From Atractiella rhizophila (Eukaryota), in the NCBI GenBank assembly GCA_021432655.1, contig MU271184.1, positions 62,001 to 126,000 on the forward strand: DNA of 64,000 bases, read 5' to 3'. Below the pieces are notes generated by a model, which was not told the DNA's origin, made no database searches, and saw only the letters and a program-made list of their open reading frames with translations. Shown here in pieces: positions 50,448-64,000 of this stretch. Position 1 is the stretch's first letter. Each line of letters starts with the position of its first letter. A program made the position numbers and the translations under genes.

Positions 50448-52569
50448 CCCCTGGGGCCACGGCTTTGCTCCCCAAGCATGGCTGGGCACTCCACGTCTTG
50501 TTTCTTCACCTTGCTGGATCCCACAGGTCCTACAGAGTGTTTGGGGATGGCAAGGTGCTTTTAAACCTCATTTAGCACCTCATTTTGAATTATGCCCATG
50601 ACATCCAGCCTCGATTTTTTTACGGCTCTCAGCCTCCTCAGCCAGGCCTTTCACAGCCAATTCAAGCCTCGACGAGGAGGAAGGACAGAGCCGAGGGACA
50701 GTCACTTTGGCAGCTGAGGTCCGTCGCCTGTTCAGGTAAAGGTAAGGGTTGAGGTCGTGGGGCAACGGCCAAAAGTGTGCCCATATTCTGTTATCGCTAT
50801 TGCATGGAATGCTTGCGCTATCTGAGCCTTTGCTCGGTCATCTTCAATTGTCAGGTTGACGTTTATGGGGAATGAAATCCTTGCCTGTGCATAATAGAAG
50901 ATGCTGGCCAGGCGCGTCCTCAAACAAAGGGTTGCAGTTTTAAGAAGCAGCGCTGTCCGCCGCCAGCAACGGGCTCCAGAGGGCCAGTCTCGCCTTAGGG
51001 GCATGGATTGATGTTGCAGGAACCATCCTGGGTCGCACCACGTCCAGCCCAACTGACCAGAGCCGAGTGAAGAAACGCAATATTGGCTTGTCCGGCCAGC
51101 TTCATCCAACCATGCAATGGAGCCAACGAAACAGGGGCGGGAGAGAGGTGTGGAGAAACTTGAATGCTTTTCCGAGATTTTCAAGCATCTGTATCCTGCA
51201 GTTGGTGGGAGTTTGTCCTTCATAAAGATGCGACTACCACAGCCCGTCCAACCCATTGACAAGACGACCGTTTGATTCAGGGGACATTTATCCAAAAAAG
51301 TTGATAACCATTCATGTCCACTGGCATTCATCCAGAGTACGTATTACGCATGACTGTTCGTGACGATGACCATTTGATCTGGGGTATGCAAAAATATGCG
51401 CCTTGATCCATCGTTTCTTCCAAATGACGGAGGAATCCCGTATTATCCATCGGGAATCACCGTTTGACCCGACTATTCCGTCACCTTCCCAAGAAATAAG
51501 GCCTGTGGGTGATTGACGCCTCATTGTTCTCTGACATGCTCATTCGATGGGATAGCGGGATCTTTGGTTGGATGAGCACCGATTGGTAAAGTTCCGAGTG
51601 TGCGGAGGGCTGGGAGAAGAGGAGCATGGTCTCGAATAGCTTTTAAAATTGAAAAACACAAATGGAAAGTCGTCCACTGTTGTAAATACTAAACTACGAT
51701 ATTGGTTGGTTGGTTAGACAATACCCATAAGAAAAACGAGAAGGATTGAGAAGGATGTACAAAAAGCTCTCTATGCGGAGACGTGGGAGGAGTTGGAAGC
51801 AGCACGTAAACGAGGACATCCCCGCTTGTTATGGCCGCTTCTATGACACTCACTACAGCGTTGCTCTCGCCTCTTCTTCGGGGACAACACCTCTCCCACC
51901 TCTTCTTCGGACTCTCCCACCGTCACCCCTTCAGGCAATACCCCTTCAGGCAATTCAGCCACCGTCGCCTCTCCCGCCCCAACTTCGTTGAAGTGTGTCT
52001 CGGATGTGATTAAACGTTCTGAAATGAAACATCCTGGAATGTCTCTGTCCTTCAGAGACAACGTGCTGATAGCGACTAGCGTTCAACACCTACTCAAAAA
52101 CAAGAGAAAAAACGCACATCGGGTCATTGAAAAAAAAGAAGGGCAGAAACACAATGAGGATCCAGATGTTAGTCACTCCGTGAGGAATATTCGCACAATC
52201 GAAGGCGGACACAGCCAAAGTCCACTGGCGTCTTTCAGGATGTCGCAGCCCAAGTATTGCACCTTTTGGCATATGCTCCAACAGTCAACCCGAGTAACGC
52301 TGGCTCTCTCTTTCCTTCCTCCCCTCGCCGAGACTTGATGAGCCCATCGGATGCTGAGAGCTATCAAAAATCGGATCTCGTGGCGTGGCCAATGTTCAAA
52401 ATGAGGTAAAATGAGGTTTAAAAGCACCTTGCCATCCCCAAACACTCTGTAAGACCTGTTGGACCCGGCAAGGTGAAGAAACAAAATATGGAGTGCCTGA
52501 ATATCCTCCAACCATCGACGGTGTGGGTAAGGAGGAAAAAAAGATCGACTTAGAAATTACCCTCAGGGG
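50448..52569. mobile_element. ~2.1-kb element with ~150-bp subterminal inverted repeats and piggyBac-like ends
   Basis: 50485-50633 is inverted at ~52352-52498. Outer ends TTAG|CCCCTGGGG and CCCTCAGGGG|TTAA. No certain transposase. Confidence 0.5.
51771..52061 (-). pseudogene. CCHC zinc-knuckle fragment of the kind found at fungal transposase C-termini
   Basis: PKKRREQRCSECHRSGHNKRGCP. Confidence 0.55.
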
Positions 52570-53079
52570 TTAATGGATTAGGGTTAACGTGAGTCATGCC
52601 GTCAATGGGTTGAAGTTCACTTGCTATTTTGAAGTGAAAGAGAAAGAAGTGATATGAAAGTTTCAACGTGGGTTTGAACTTTTTGGGCTGACGAAACATC
52701 CCTTGTTTTCGCTGGAAATTATGTTAGATGGGTTGTCGATAACCGGTGAAAACCATCGCTAACCCGCTCTCGCACTAAGTCAAACAAAAACCCGGACTGC
52801 AGGGAATGCTCAGGGAGTGGAGAGTGTAACAAGTTAAGATTGGCTCCTAGAAGCGTCAACAGTCGTGTTCAAGGACAGCTAAGCTCAGACCGCGACCCAT
52901 CGCAATCAATTGAAACTGCTCCGTTGACCAATCTTATCCTTAAGAGGGCATTTCTCTTCTGGCTGAACATTATATAACACGAATTGGGCAACAAAAGTTG
53001 TTGTTGAGTGGTAATTCTATCACATTCCTCTTTTGCCACAAGTTCTCACTTTTTTTCTTATCTTACTTGTCTTGACATT

Positions 53080-54880
53080 TCTAGAACAATGTATCCACAA
53101 GTATATAAAGCCTCTGAAAAGCGAAATAATCATTATTACAATCTACACAAACAACAAAAGTATTTTCAGCTTCATCCAATATAGAATGACAAATAGGAAA
53201 GTTTAGACTGAGGCAAGACGACGCTCCGTCATTTTGCGCAAACTCGATATACTCCCAGGGGGCAGACAAGTTTTGTCCTCAGTATTGCCAAAGTGGCATC
53301 ATGAGCGGCCGAAAGCTTGTTGTCTTCAAAAGAGGTGTAGGAGAGAAGTTTGATGTTGTCCGTATGGATCTAATTCGAGCCCAAGCATTTGAGAAGCATT
53401 TACCGAGTAATGGACTCACGAACACGGTAATCACTGCGTCTCCTTCTTCAATTCCGTCATGCACTGGACCACGCAAACTTCCGACTGGGTTGGCGTCACT
53501 GAGTTGAGTTGGGCTAAGTCCTTCTCCATTGTCCACTGTCGCTCGTTTGTTCCTCCAGATAACCTCACTCCCCAAGCGACAGGGTTGTTCCGCTTTTCTT
53601 CCCCCTATGCGAACAAAAGGTCCCGCACGGTGACCGTTCTCATATTCTCATTCGAATACACCGCCTCCACGTCCTCGGGCTTCACAAGGTTCGGTCTCCT
53701 AATCATCACTCTCAGCTCTTTGGCATCGGTCCATGGCTTTGTTTCGGCATTGCAGGGGTGGGAGAAGGAGAGCGATTGTTGGAATCCTCGTCTTCTGGGA
53801 ACATGTATTCACAACCTCCATCGGTGAGTTGGACGATGTAAGGGACTGTCTTCTTCCTTGACTGATGAAGGAAACCATCAGGCGTTGAAGGCTCCGTGGG
53901 AGCGAGGGAACCGGTGGAAGAGGCAGTATGTTGACAGGTGAGGACTCTGTGGAGCGAAGTCTCAAGGACGTCATGGGTGGAGGAGGAACGTGCATATAAC
54001 CTTCGGTGCTGGCAGATTTCCAATTCGAAACCTGACACCACTTTCTCAATGTGAGGGATCTCTAGAGGAGAAAAACCGGATCCTTCAATTTCGGTGACTC
54101 GGATATTCCCATCTGCTGGAGGAGAGGGAGGAGTGGAATGCGAGTGATGAGCGAGCAACATGTCTCCATCTTCAGCAGCTTGCCTCACCGCTGGATCATT
54201 CGTCTGCGTTCTTTATAAATTCCATTGTCACACCAACTGAAATAGTCCAATACTCACCGGTTGTCGCTTAAACCCTGGTTTCTGCATTATGTGGACACCT
54301 GCACGCTCGAGTATCTGCACATCACTGTCAATGAGAACCCTGTGTTGCAGAGATGGAAGAACTCACACCTGCCAAAATTCGCTCTGAGACCCAAACCATT
54401 CTGCTGCTGGGAAGTCGGTTAAGAATCAGGCGCCTTAGCATTATGGAAGCCTCACCCACTTTTCGGAGCTGATCGCTATTTTGACAATCTGCCGTATCCA
54501 TGTCGTAACCGTTACCCAACGCAACAATATGGGTTATGTTCCCTTGGTCGAGATGTGATGTATGATGAGAAGAGTGACCCAAGTCATGAGCATCCATCAG
54601 GCAGTTCCTTCTCATGATGATTCTGCTGGCAATCACTCCATTAACAACACCCCGTTGAGAAGGAAACTGGGAGGATGTAGGGTGGAGGTTGGTCCCGCCT
54701 GGGAGAGGGAGGGAATCAATCGCATGTGTGAGGTTGACGTGATGAGGTGAGTGCTCGCCGGCATTTTCTGTGCTCCGTACACTAGTCGTTTGACAAGAAT
54801 GGTTTGGTGAAGTGCTGGAAATGGCCGACGGACGTGGTGAACACGACATGTCAGATAGCTAATTATTGAAATGCGAGTCA
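53080..54880 (-). CDS. Possible multi-exon hypothetical S/P-rich protein
   Basis: Minus-strand ORFs 54328-54849, 53712-54188 and 53279-53575 with a GTGAGT donor near 54257. No domain recognised. Confidence 0.3.
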
Positions 54881-57199
54881 TTTATTTAGTTGCTGGAGAG
54901 GTTGAGAAGAGGATGTACGAATATAAAGTGATGGAGGTGAATGTGAAGCTGACCCGACAGAAAGTTCGAGAATGGGTAGGCCCAGCTCTTTTATAATGAA
55001 AAAGGCCCCTTGTTTGATCTCTGATGGGCGATAACATAAACGAACATGCTGGATCTTTGATCGGCAATCCCTTGAAATAAAACTAAAATTGGCCATAACA
55101 TGAAATTCGCATGTTCTGCTTCAGGGAGGAAGTGGCGACAAGCTATCCATGCAGAATGCGTGTATTTCAAGCAGCCAATGCTAAAGATGTAGAGATGGGC
55201 GTGGAAGAAGCAGAAAGCCCTCTTAAGAGCCGGAGTGGCAGAGTGCTTAGGCAACCGAAGGTGTTCTCCCCTTCATGATAACTGGGCTTATTTCTCATTT
55301 ATCTACACATCACATGTTTATAGCCTTGGATAAACAAAGTAGATTGCAAATTATGTATAGAGAGTTTACTACATGACAAGCAGCAAAATGAGAACTGGTT
55401 ATGATACATACATCACTTTATTCGCATTCCAAGCTCTAAAAGGTCTGATTACAGGTTGTATATCGTAGGTCTAGATTGTCGCCACTTGCTACATACTCTG
55501 TCACGAAATTTCGAACATTCAGGAAAGCATTAAGCATGAGAGAAGAGGAGAATAGGACAAGTTCGACATATTCAATATGTGAAAGTCAGTCAAATTAGTA
55601 TCAATCCAGCTCATTTTCGGGATATAGAACGTACTCACTTAGTTTCACATAATACTAAAGAATCAAGTGAAAAGCCTCCATACTCGTTGAAATACCAAGT
55701 GTCGGAAATTAAGTTCACCACTCAGCATATTTCACTATTGTCCCTGTGGGGTTGTTAAAAGTCTTCGAAAGCAGTTTTTCTCCCCAAGTTCTCGCCCATG
55801 TGTCAATTGGCTTCATGCGTCGGAAAGATCCCATTTGGGGTTTCTTTTTCCCGGAGAGAAGCTGAACAACATCCATTAAAGCCTACTGTAAGGGATGTGG
55901 AGGTGGGATCTGATGAAGAATTTATGCACATCACTTTGAACTTTTATCCATTATCGAGAATTACATGCCAAGAAACCCAATATCTGAAAGCTCCACAAAG
56001 GTCAGAAATGCTCAAAAACAACACCGTAGCTCAAGGGGTTATCAAGGCTCAAGCTGTTGTTAAGGCTTAGTTAAGTTCAAAGGCCTTTATTTGAATATCC
56101 CTCCCTTTTAAGGCCTTATGGCACAACACTGGGTTGAAAAGTATAAAGTATAACAAGGACTTTCCGGTTTCTTCTTCATCCTCCTTGTTGACCAAAAAAA
56201 GATATTATTCTGCTTCTATAGTATATAACACTTGTACCAGGATACTATACTCTTTTTATGAACCCTCATTTTGCAGGACAGTTTACAGCACTCTGTCGAT
56301 CCTTTGGAGAACCGCTCTGTGGGCATTTATCCCCTGTCAAAAGTCCTTTCCTGAATTTCCCACACTTTCCTTGATTGTGCAACAAATGCGGACAAATATC
56401 TACGAAATTTCCGCATTTTTCGACTGACACGGCAACGCCTGCAGCAAAGCAAGTTCAGCTCTGCCTCAGTTGGGAAAAGTTGGAAAAATTAGGAATTTCT
56501 GGGGGCTGAAAGGGGCTGGCAAGAAATCAATGCTAATGTGAGCTTCTCTGTTGTTGAACACAGGGAGGAGGGGGTTAGTCGTTCTCCAGTACGCTTCCAT
56601 CGCCAACGCTTTGGACTTCTTTCACTGATTCCCTCGTCGAAGGCTTTTCGCAATCTGTCAATTGAGTTTCAACGATGTCATTTTTTATCAGTGGTACTAA
56701 TCAGCTCCGCATCGCGTTCGATAACAGCCTTCAGAGACTTTGCCGCCAAGTAGAACTCTGTTCTCGCAATGGTTTCCGGTAATATTTGAGCTTCGCTTGC
56801 ATAAACTCAGTAAGTCTTTCTCTTTCTGCCAATAGTACTCGGCTGCAGCTGTGAGTAGGACATCTTGAACATTGATCCAGTCCACTGACAAGGCTCTTTC
56901 AGCTGGATCATCACGATACTATGTGCGTTGTAGTCCAGATATAGTATTGGAATGGCACAGCTTCCTGTTAAGGTAGGTGTCCTCCATTCTATTTGCTAGC
57001 CTCTGACCTATGTTGTTTGCCGATATAGACCTCTTACGATCTCTCGTTCACGTTTGGCCACAGCACCCACTTGCATCATCTGCCAGTTTGCTCTGCCTCC
57101 TCATCTTGCCGCACCGCCTCCTCCTCACGTCCACAGAGATTCTTGTCTGCTCAGAAACTTTCCTTACCTCGGATGGGAATGCAGAGAAGTGATGTGATA

Positions 57200-60100
57200 T
57201 AGAGGAGATCCATTTAATCACTATCTACATCCAAACCCAGTTTATGAACAATGAAGCAGTCACCGAACCACGGTCTAGGAATTACAGCAACAACTTCCTT
57301 GATATCTTCCACGGAAATGACAGCAAGGGAACCTTCAACAGCCGGCTTGCAGCTCAGAATACAGAGTGGATGTCGCGCTGCTCGTAATCACCGTACGGTC
57401 GAATGAGTGTCAGGTGATGTACGCTCGAAGCCAGCAAAACTTCCAAGAAAAAGCATACCGCACCATATTGCATTTCAATTTGCGTAGGCCCCATTGTTCC
57501 AAGCCAGGGTACGGTTCGTCGTAGATACATAATATTCCGACTGATGCGTACTTCATTGATAGGCCGCTCGGGCTCTTTCCATCGTGTGCGAACTCTCTCA
57601 CCGTTAGGAAGTTGCAGGTGCGCCCATTTCGTAAACCTTCCGTCCCACGTCAATGCGATCTCCCCATGGATCCGCTGTAGAAAAGCAGATACAACCATAT
57701 TTTCTATGTCACTGCAAATCGAAGTTACAGAAGCTGGCAACAAAAGCATATGAATTTCTCAGATCTAAAGCTCCTTGAGGCAGGGTACGAAGTGTGCATT
57801 TCTTCATGAGCGTGGGGTCGATTGATCGTAAAGCTTCACATTGAGCTTGCTGGATGCATTGTCTAGACAGATTTTGGTACGGCCATGAAGGCTGTCGAAG
57901 TCGTGATCCTAAAATGCCAATCGTTCGTTTGAGAGTCCACTGAGTGACGTAGATGAAAGGCCCAACTCTTCGTGTCTGGGCAACAAGATGAAGATATTTA
58001 TGCAGTGAAATTCTGCAAAAGTTGATCCGATGGATGTCCCTCTGATAATACAATTTTTAAACTCTTTCACAAACTCAATAATGAGATTTTCAACATGATT
58101 GAGCTCAATTTGCGAAATCTGCCGCTTTCGAAGGATCCAGACACAATAGACAACCTTGAGGTAATGTGAGAAGTATGGCTCAGGAATATATCCTTCGAGG
58201 AGCCCAGGATCAAGGCCATAAAAGTATGTTTCCCATTTTTTAGCCTTATAATCCGAATACTTGATGTCAATGTTGTGAAGGAATTTATCCCAAGATGAGG
58301 GGATATAAATTCAGGTGTTTGCAACCTCGATTCCATGCTGCTCCCACAATGGCCCAATGAGAGCTTCCCAGGGCATCCGATCTAGCAGGAATGGGAATGG
58401 GAGCTGCTGCAATCTGACTACGCTTTCTCTTCCCCAATCCACTTCGTTTCTTGTTTGTAGGATAAGTTGTTCCACGCCAGAGACCAAGCATAATTTCAGG
58501 AAAGTTTAGGTTCGGATGATGCATTCCGTCGACAACAAAACAGAAGGGGGGGCCGTTTCCAAATGTGGGAATTTCTGCAAAGGGGGTGTCGCGGACAATT
58601 CCATACTGTCTTTGGAGAGCTGCTGCCTTGCGATTTTGACCAGCACATCTTGCCGTTTGAATTTCTTCAAGGCGGGCTCGATATTCTTCAGCAGTCTCTG
58701 TGGGAAGGTTTCGGGGATCATAATCTGGTCGCTCAAATTCAGATTCTTGATAGTCGAGCGGCCACAGGAGAGTAAAATAATAGATTGGAGCGCCAGGTTG
58801 ATGCACTCCAATTAAAGCACAGCCATTGATGTGGCATCCGCGACGACCAGTGTGGCCAACCTCCCCTCCCATCTCACTTGCACAGATTGTATCAAACAAG
58901 CCCAGGGCAATGAAAGGACGGGAGCCAAACCAGATATTAAACTCGGACTCATGGATCAAATAGCCTTTGACTGAAAACTGCTTGACCCATTGAAAGATGG
59001 GATGAAGAAAGGAATTTTGATCCCAAGGCTTGTTTGGGCCAGGGATAATTGCAATGGGCATGACATATTGCTGCTTGTATCGAATTTCCGGCGGGAGATT
59101 GTAATCGATCATAATGACAAAGATAGCATCGCAAGGCTTCTTGTTGTTAAAAACTTGCGCTCCATCAAGAGAAAAGGCAAGAACGGTATCGGAAGGTAAG
59201 ATTTTCTTTTCACAAGCAAGCTTGAGGTAATCTGAACCACAATAGATATCATCGAGGATATCAGGTAGCATCCCATCTTGGGGACACTTTTCGAGAAGGT
59301 TCTTCGTCTGTGTGGCCCTATGCTTTGAAGCAGACACTCCTTCTTCGGTGGCCCAGCGAGCGTGGAGGGGAGCTTCAAATGGAACCACGAAATACTGTTG
59401 TCTAGGAACCTTCTTCTTGCGCTTGCCCCCTGGTTATGACGTCGCTTCTCGATAGCGTGATAGGTGACATTTTGGGCATTCAGTAAGTTCAGACCGTTCG
59501 CCAGTATACGCAATGCAAGAGTTCGGACACATGTCAAATGCCTCTGGCATTATATGACTTTTCTCCTTGATGCAACACTTTATTCGATTGAGGGAAAGTG
59601 TGCTTGTCTTGAATCGTTCCTCCACCCAGTCGCGAAGATCCTCATACAAGTCTCCAGCGGCACGTCCATGGCAAATCATGAAAAGCTCAAGGGAGATAAT
59701 TTGTTCGTGGGTTAATGAAGTATACTCGTATTTCTCTTCCTCCATGACATTATGAACTTGTCTGTCAGAATCTTGGGTTGTTCTCTGTTCACAAGAGAGA
59801 CGACGAAGTTGTTCATTGGCCAACAAGAGATTTGCAGCCAGCTCGTCCACTATTGAAGGTCAGTATGATAATATTGCTAGTATCAGTACGTATGCTCATA
59901 ATTTTCCCCTATTTGCTCACTGTTTTCTTTTTCTCCATCACATTCCTCTTCCTCCTCTTCCTCCCCTTCTTCCTCATCCTCTTCATCTTTCTCCTGCTCA
60001 TTCTCGCTTAAATCATCTGGGGTTCCTCTTCTCCTGGTTCTCCGACTATTGGACGTGCCAATCAGTCTTGCACAAGTCGACGATGTTCAACCCGCTCAAG

Positions 60101-60370
60101 CTCGTTCAGAATGGTTTGGATCAGGCCATCCCCAGGCATAGAAGTGCCGTCGCAGCTGGAAGGAGGTTGCGAAGGAATATGGTGTGAGAGGTTGATGTTA
60201 TGTTCATTGTTGTTGCTCTAAAGCTCTCTTAGGATCTTAGGACAATTAATAACCTGAAATAACGACATACCAGCGGCCCAACCACAGATCCATCCAAGAA
60301 ATCATCCTCCATTTCTCCCTGTTCCTCCATATCTCTAGCAGAGATGTCTTCTTGCCCTATGCCTCCCATC
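57200..60370 (-). pseudogene. Transposase_21 (tnp2)-like CACTA transposase, frameshifted
   Basis: Motifs FDMCPNSCIAYTG..C..C..RY, DDIYCGSDY, FSLDGAQVF, YNLPPEIRY, IPGPNKP.D..SFL, GHTG..GC, DGMH and LH......GP....QWTLKRTIG. Confidence 0.88.
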
Positions 60371-60589
60371 ATAGCCTGATCTGCTCTCGATACGGAGCAT
60401 GGTGGTTATAGGAGCTTTTGCCTCTCCATTCTCCTCTGCAATATTTCGTGCAGTTACACTCCCAAATATTGTTCTCGTGATCTCCTTTGGCCACACAGGT
60501 TTTGGGAGGTGCTTTTATGTCCTGGTCAGATAATGAAGGGTATGGGGACTTGTCCGTTCAGGATATTCATGAAGCCCGTCCGTCCTTTC

Positions 60590-63023
60590 TTCCACAGTCC
60601 TTCTAATGATATCTATCTGATGAATCTGTGGCCAGAGTCTGATGTTGACCCATATGAACACGTTACAATGCTCCCTCCGTCAGCTGGTCTGTCACGGCAC
60701 ACGCAGAGGCGTGATGTTTCTCGTACACCTTCCTCCCGACCTTCAGTCCCTCCGCAAAGTCGAAAGCCCTTCTCTGAGCTTTCTGAACGAGACTGGCTGA
60801 AGATTCAACAGGCGGATGAACATGCTTTGATGAAGTCTGGAAACTCCGTTTATCTTGGGTTGAAAAAAGATATTGAAAGGCTCCAGAAGCCTTAATGAGT
60901 CCCTTCAGTGCGTGTTCCTTGCTTTTATCCTGCAGGCCATAAGGCAACAAGTGTCACTTAGGTTGGCTGTGTGCAATCTTTCTTCGAGTGTCACGCCAGC
61001 AAACAAACCTCAATCTGCTCCTACCCAGTCTACCAGCTCTCAACAGTTTATCATACCCGAGGAATATGACCAGTATACCCTTCCCTGGCCAGCTCAGAAA
61101 AGGCCATCTCACAGTCTCCTGTTCACTCATGAGGAGTTCAAGAAGTGAAGATCGCAGTTTCAGAAACTTTCTGCTGAGGGCAGAGCAGGGAAGAAGTACG
61201 AATGGTTGAGGGACTTCAATGGCGTGGAAGTTCCTCAAGAACGCCTGATGGACATCAAACAAGAAGCTCGTGAGATTCTAGATGCCATGTATGATGGACC
61301 TTTGCATCAACAGAAGACATGGCATCAGATTCTCCATTCTCATCGCATTCGAGGCGTTGCTGTGCTCGAAAGCAAGTTTCCTGAGCTAACGCAGTGTCAA
61401 GGACACACCATGGCAGATCACATCCTCGCTGAATGCAGACATCGACAATTAGAACGTTACAGAGCTGGTGATAGGCGTCGCGAGAAGCGACTGAAGGTCG
61501 AGGAAGATGCGGGGAAGGTACTTGGAGAAGAAGGATCCCTCTCTCCACCAGCTCTGTCTTTGACTCAGCATTTAACTCCCTCTGCGACAGGAAAGGAGCG
61601 AAGAGCAGAGAATTGAAGTTATGCAAAGAAGAATGCAAGCTCTATTTCAGGATCAAAGCCCGTATTCTTTTCCTTTTACTTTTCACGAAGCTGATAGACT
61701 GAGCAGCTTCACCGATATTCCGATCCACCCTTCGTTGCAGAGTTCAGGATACCCCAGTGGTATGACACTCTCTTCAAGATGTGACATGAACACTTACCTC
61801 TTTGTTCAGACCGCATACCAACTGGGTTCAGCATCACGGATGCTCGTGGAGAGCTGCCAAAAACAAGAAATGACGTAGAGAATAGTATGTTCTTTCCAAA
61901 CTTGTCCCTCGTTTCTAATGTTGCACTTGACGTCACATTGGTGCATTTACAATTACGCATAGACACCAATCTCAACATCACCCAACCAGCTCATACTCCG
62001 TTTCGCACAAACAACTCCAGCGCCGCTGATTCTACGACTTCAAAAATCACAGAGGAACTCAGCATTTAAGTTGGCGCAGGCATATCGGTCAACGTCCGCA
62101 GTATGTTCTTTCCGCTCCTGACGTGTTGATTTCTTAACAACCGATGCTTCAGCTGCTCCTTCAGACAGCCCATTGTTGTCTCATTTGGATGCTCTTCCGG
62201 TTGCCGAAACCACCAACGTCTACTTTGTCCAGCCTGACTGCTTCGCGGCTGACAGCCCTCGTACTGGCCCAGGTGCTATACCAGTACGCCACCTCGAAAC
62301 AACAGAGCGTAACGGCACAGCAGTGAGTTACCCAGGAGCCGATGTGTGAGAAAGCAACACGGTGGATAGCATGGACATGCCAGGTCTGTACTCCATGGTC
62401 ATTTCCTATGATTCTCGCTAAGTGTAGGTGCCAGTCACAAACGTGAGGCCGTACGCTAAAAGGACAGCTTTACCACCTCGCACGTTTACACCTGTTGTGG
62501 TAAGCTATTGCTGCTTCCTCAATGTATGCAAAGCTTGTCTGTAAAGTGGCAGGCATCACTCCATATTGGACACTTGCCAGCGACAAAAGGAGGTACAACT
62601 AAGCGTATCCTGGGCGGAAGGTGTGTCAACACCCTGCTGGCAATTCTGTGTAACTGAAACATGCATTTCACATATAGGGAGATGTACAAGCGGTTTCGGA
62701 TGGAGCAATGTGAGCAAGAGCATACTGCAGGCAAATTGGTAGCAGAACCAGATTTCAAGAAGGAGTATACGCAGCTTTCACAAGCTGAAAAAGCGGTCTG
62801 TATCTCGTTCAATACAGCAAGTTTGTGCTTTGCTAAACTCAATGGGGCAGGACTGGAACCGGCGATGGAAGGAACAATCGGCATCGACTCAGACAGCAGC
62901 AGCAAAGCCATCGAGCTCATCGACAACATTGTGAGGTTGAAGTTCAGAAGGGTGCAGGAGGGTGCAGGAGGAGGAGAAGGAGTAGGTGCAGGTGCGAGGG
63001 GCAACGGGATCGGCAGATGTTAA
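60590..63023 (+). pseudogene. Accessory (ORF2) gene of the CACTA-like element, multi-exon, function unknown
   Basis: Intron-separated ORFs 60509-60895, 60873-61148, 61206-61616 and 62661-63023, ending in YKRF..DFKKEYTQLSQAEK. Divergent from the transposase and inside the TIRs. Confidence 0.5.
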
Positions 63024-64000
63024 AACGCTGCAAATTTCGGAAAATAATGGAAATTCCTGTTTTTGCGCCAATCATCAGTCTCTCGCGTGTCTGAAAAACT
63101 GCAAAAAAAATCCTTAACCTGACCCAAATTTTGCGAGTTTTCCATCACACCGAAAAAGTGGGGAAAATGCTGGTAAATCTTGTCAAAAGCCGGAAAGCAT
63201 TTTTGACAGGGATTTATCACCCATCGGAGATCTATTGTTGCATCGACACATATTGTAGTCAATCAAAAGAGTCCCGACACCCCAGTCGGCTCTCTTTGAG
63301 GCTTACGAGACCGAGAAATGAAGACCAGATTCACGGCCTTCGAGACCGTGGCCCAGCCAATTCTCAAAACAACTCTGAATTCGTGAATTGGCAGTCTGGT
63401 ACATCACGAAAGGTGAATTCCAAATTAGGAAAGCGTTAAAGGCGGGAAGTGACCTGTATATCTAAATCAATATATGTCGTATCCCCTCTACTCCTATACC
63501 CTAAGTTATATTGAGTGTGAATTGTATACTAAGTGGAAAATGCACGACATCCCATCTCTCCCCTTCCCTCCCTTTAAATTTCACTGCTGTGGTCACGTAA
63601 AGAAGAGAAGAAGCCAACTGAAGCATAAGACAGAGCGTACAGATGGTAAGCCAGTACATCTTTCATTTGTGTTTGTGTGTAGATGTCTTCTATTGCAATG
63701 GTACTATATAATATGGCCGTCCGCCCTGACCGTCTCTAAGAATACCAGCGAGAAGAAAAGACACCTCATTCAGCATTCGGGCATCAGATACATCCGCTTT
63801 CAAGCAACTGCCTTCAAGATTCATGTCCACTTTGAGCTGTAACAGTGTCTTTCCCAAAACATGACTTATATTATCTTTCATCACTGATGCCGTGTTATCA
63901 GTACTGAGTACTTATCTCTTTCAATTGAGCCGTAATACACCATTGCATGATATTAATTCAATCTGATTTACTTCCTGAAACCAGAAATAGAGAGAATGTG

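Larger units (their letters stand above)
56285..63256. mobile_element. CACTA/EnSpm (CMC)-like DNA transposon, ~7 kb, with two divergent genes
   Basis: Degenerate inverted ends (TGTCGAT...TGGG...ATCCCTGTCAAAA...CTTTCC at ~56293-56351 versus ~63192-63248) around a Transposase_21-like gene. Exact termini and TSD not resolved. Confidence 0.7.

Noticed and set aside
52565..52590. Interstitial telomeric repeat (TTAGGG)
   Set aside because: Only a single unit; better explained as a transposon end with TTAA.
1..64000. rRNA or tRNA genes
   Set aside because: None recognised by eye; a tRNAscan/Infernal run would be needed to exclude them.

Overview
Eukaryotic fungal DNA, most likely basidiomycete. 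The evidence is ~50-nt GT..AG introns, a FunK1 kinase, a Clr2-like gene and basidiomycete-type transposases. The window is largely nested, decayed transposons: Helitron ends, two hAT copies, a long-TIR element carrying a Pumilio gene fragment, Tad1-like LINE pieces, Copia and Gypsy fragments with solo LTRs, a pogo/Fot1 transposase, a Harbinger fragment, a possible piggyBac-like element and a ~7-kb CACTA/EnSpm-like element. Many copies carry CpG-type transitions and premature stops. The main find is a complete 8.0-kb Mutator-like element (28450-36461) with 29-bp imperfect TIRs and a perfect 9-bp TSD (GTAAGAGAT). It encodes a MULE-type transposase, a Cys-rich accessory ORF and a convergent TET/JBP-family 2OG-Fe(II) dioxygenase, which is disrupted in this copy. 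Fungal TET/JBP genes are classically linked to KDZ and Plavaka transposons rather than MULEs. All calls come from reading motifs by eye; no searches were run, and exon boundaries are approximate.
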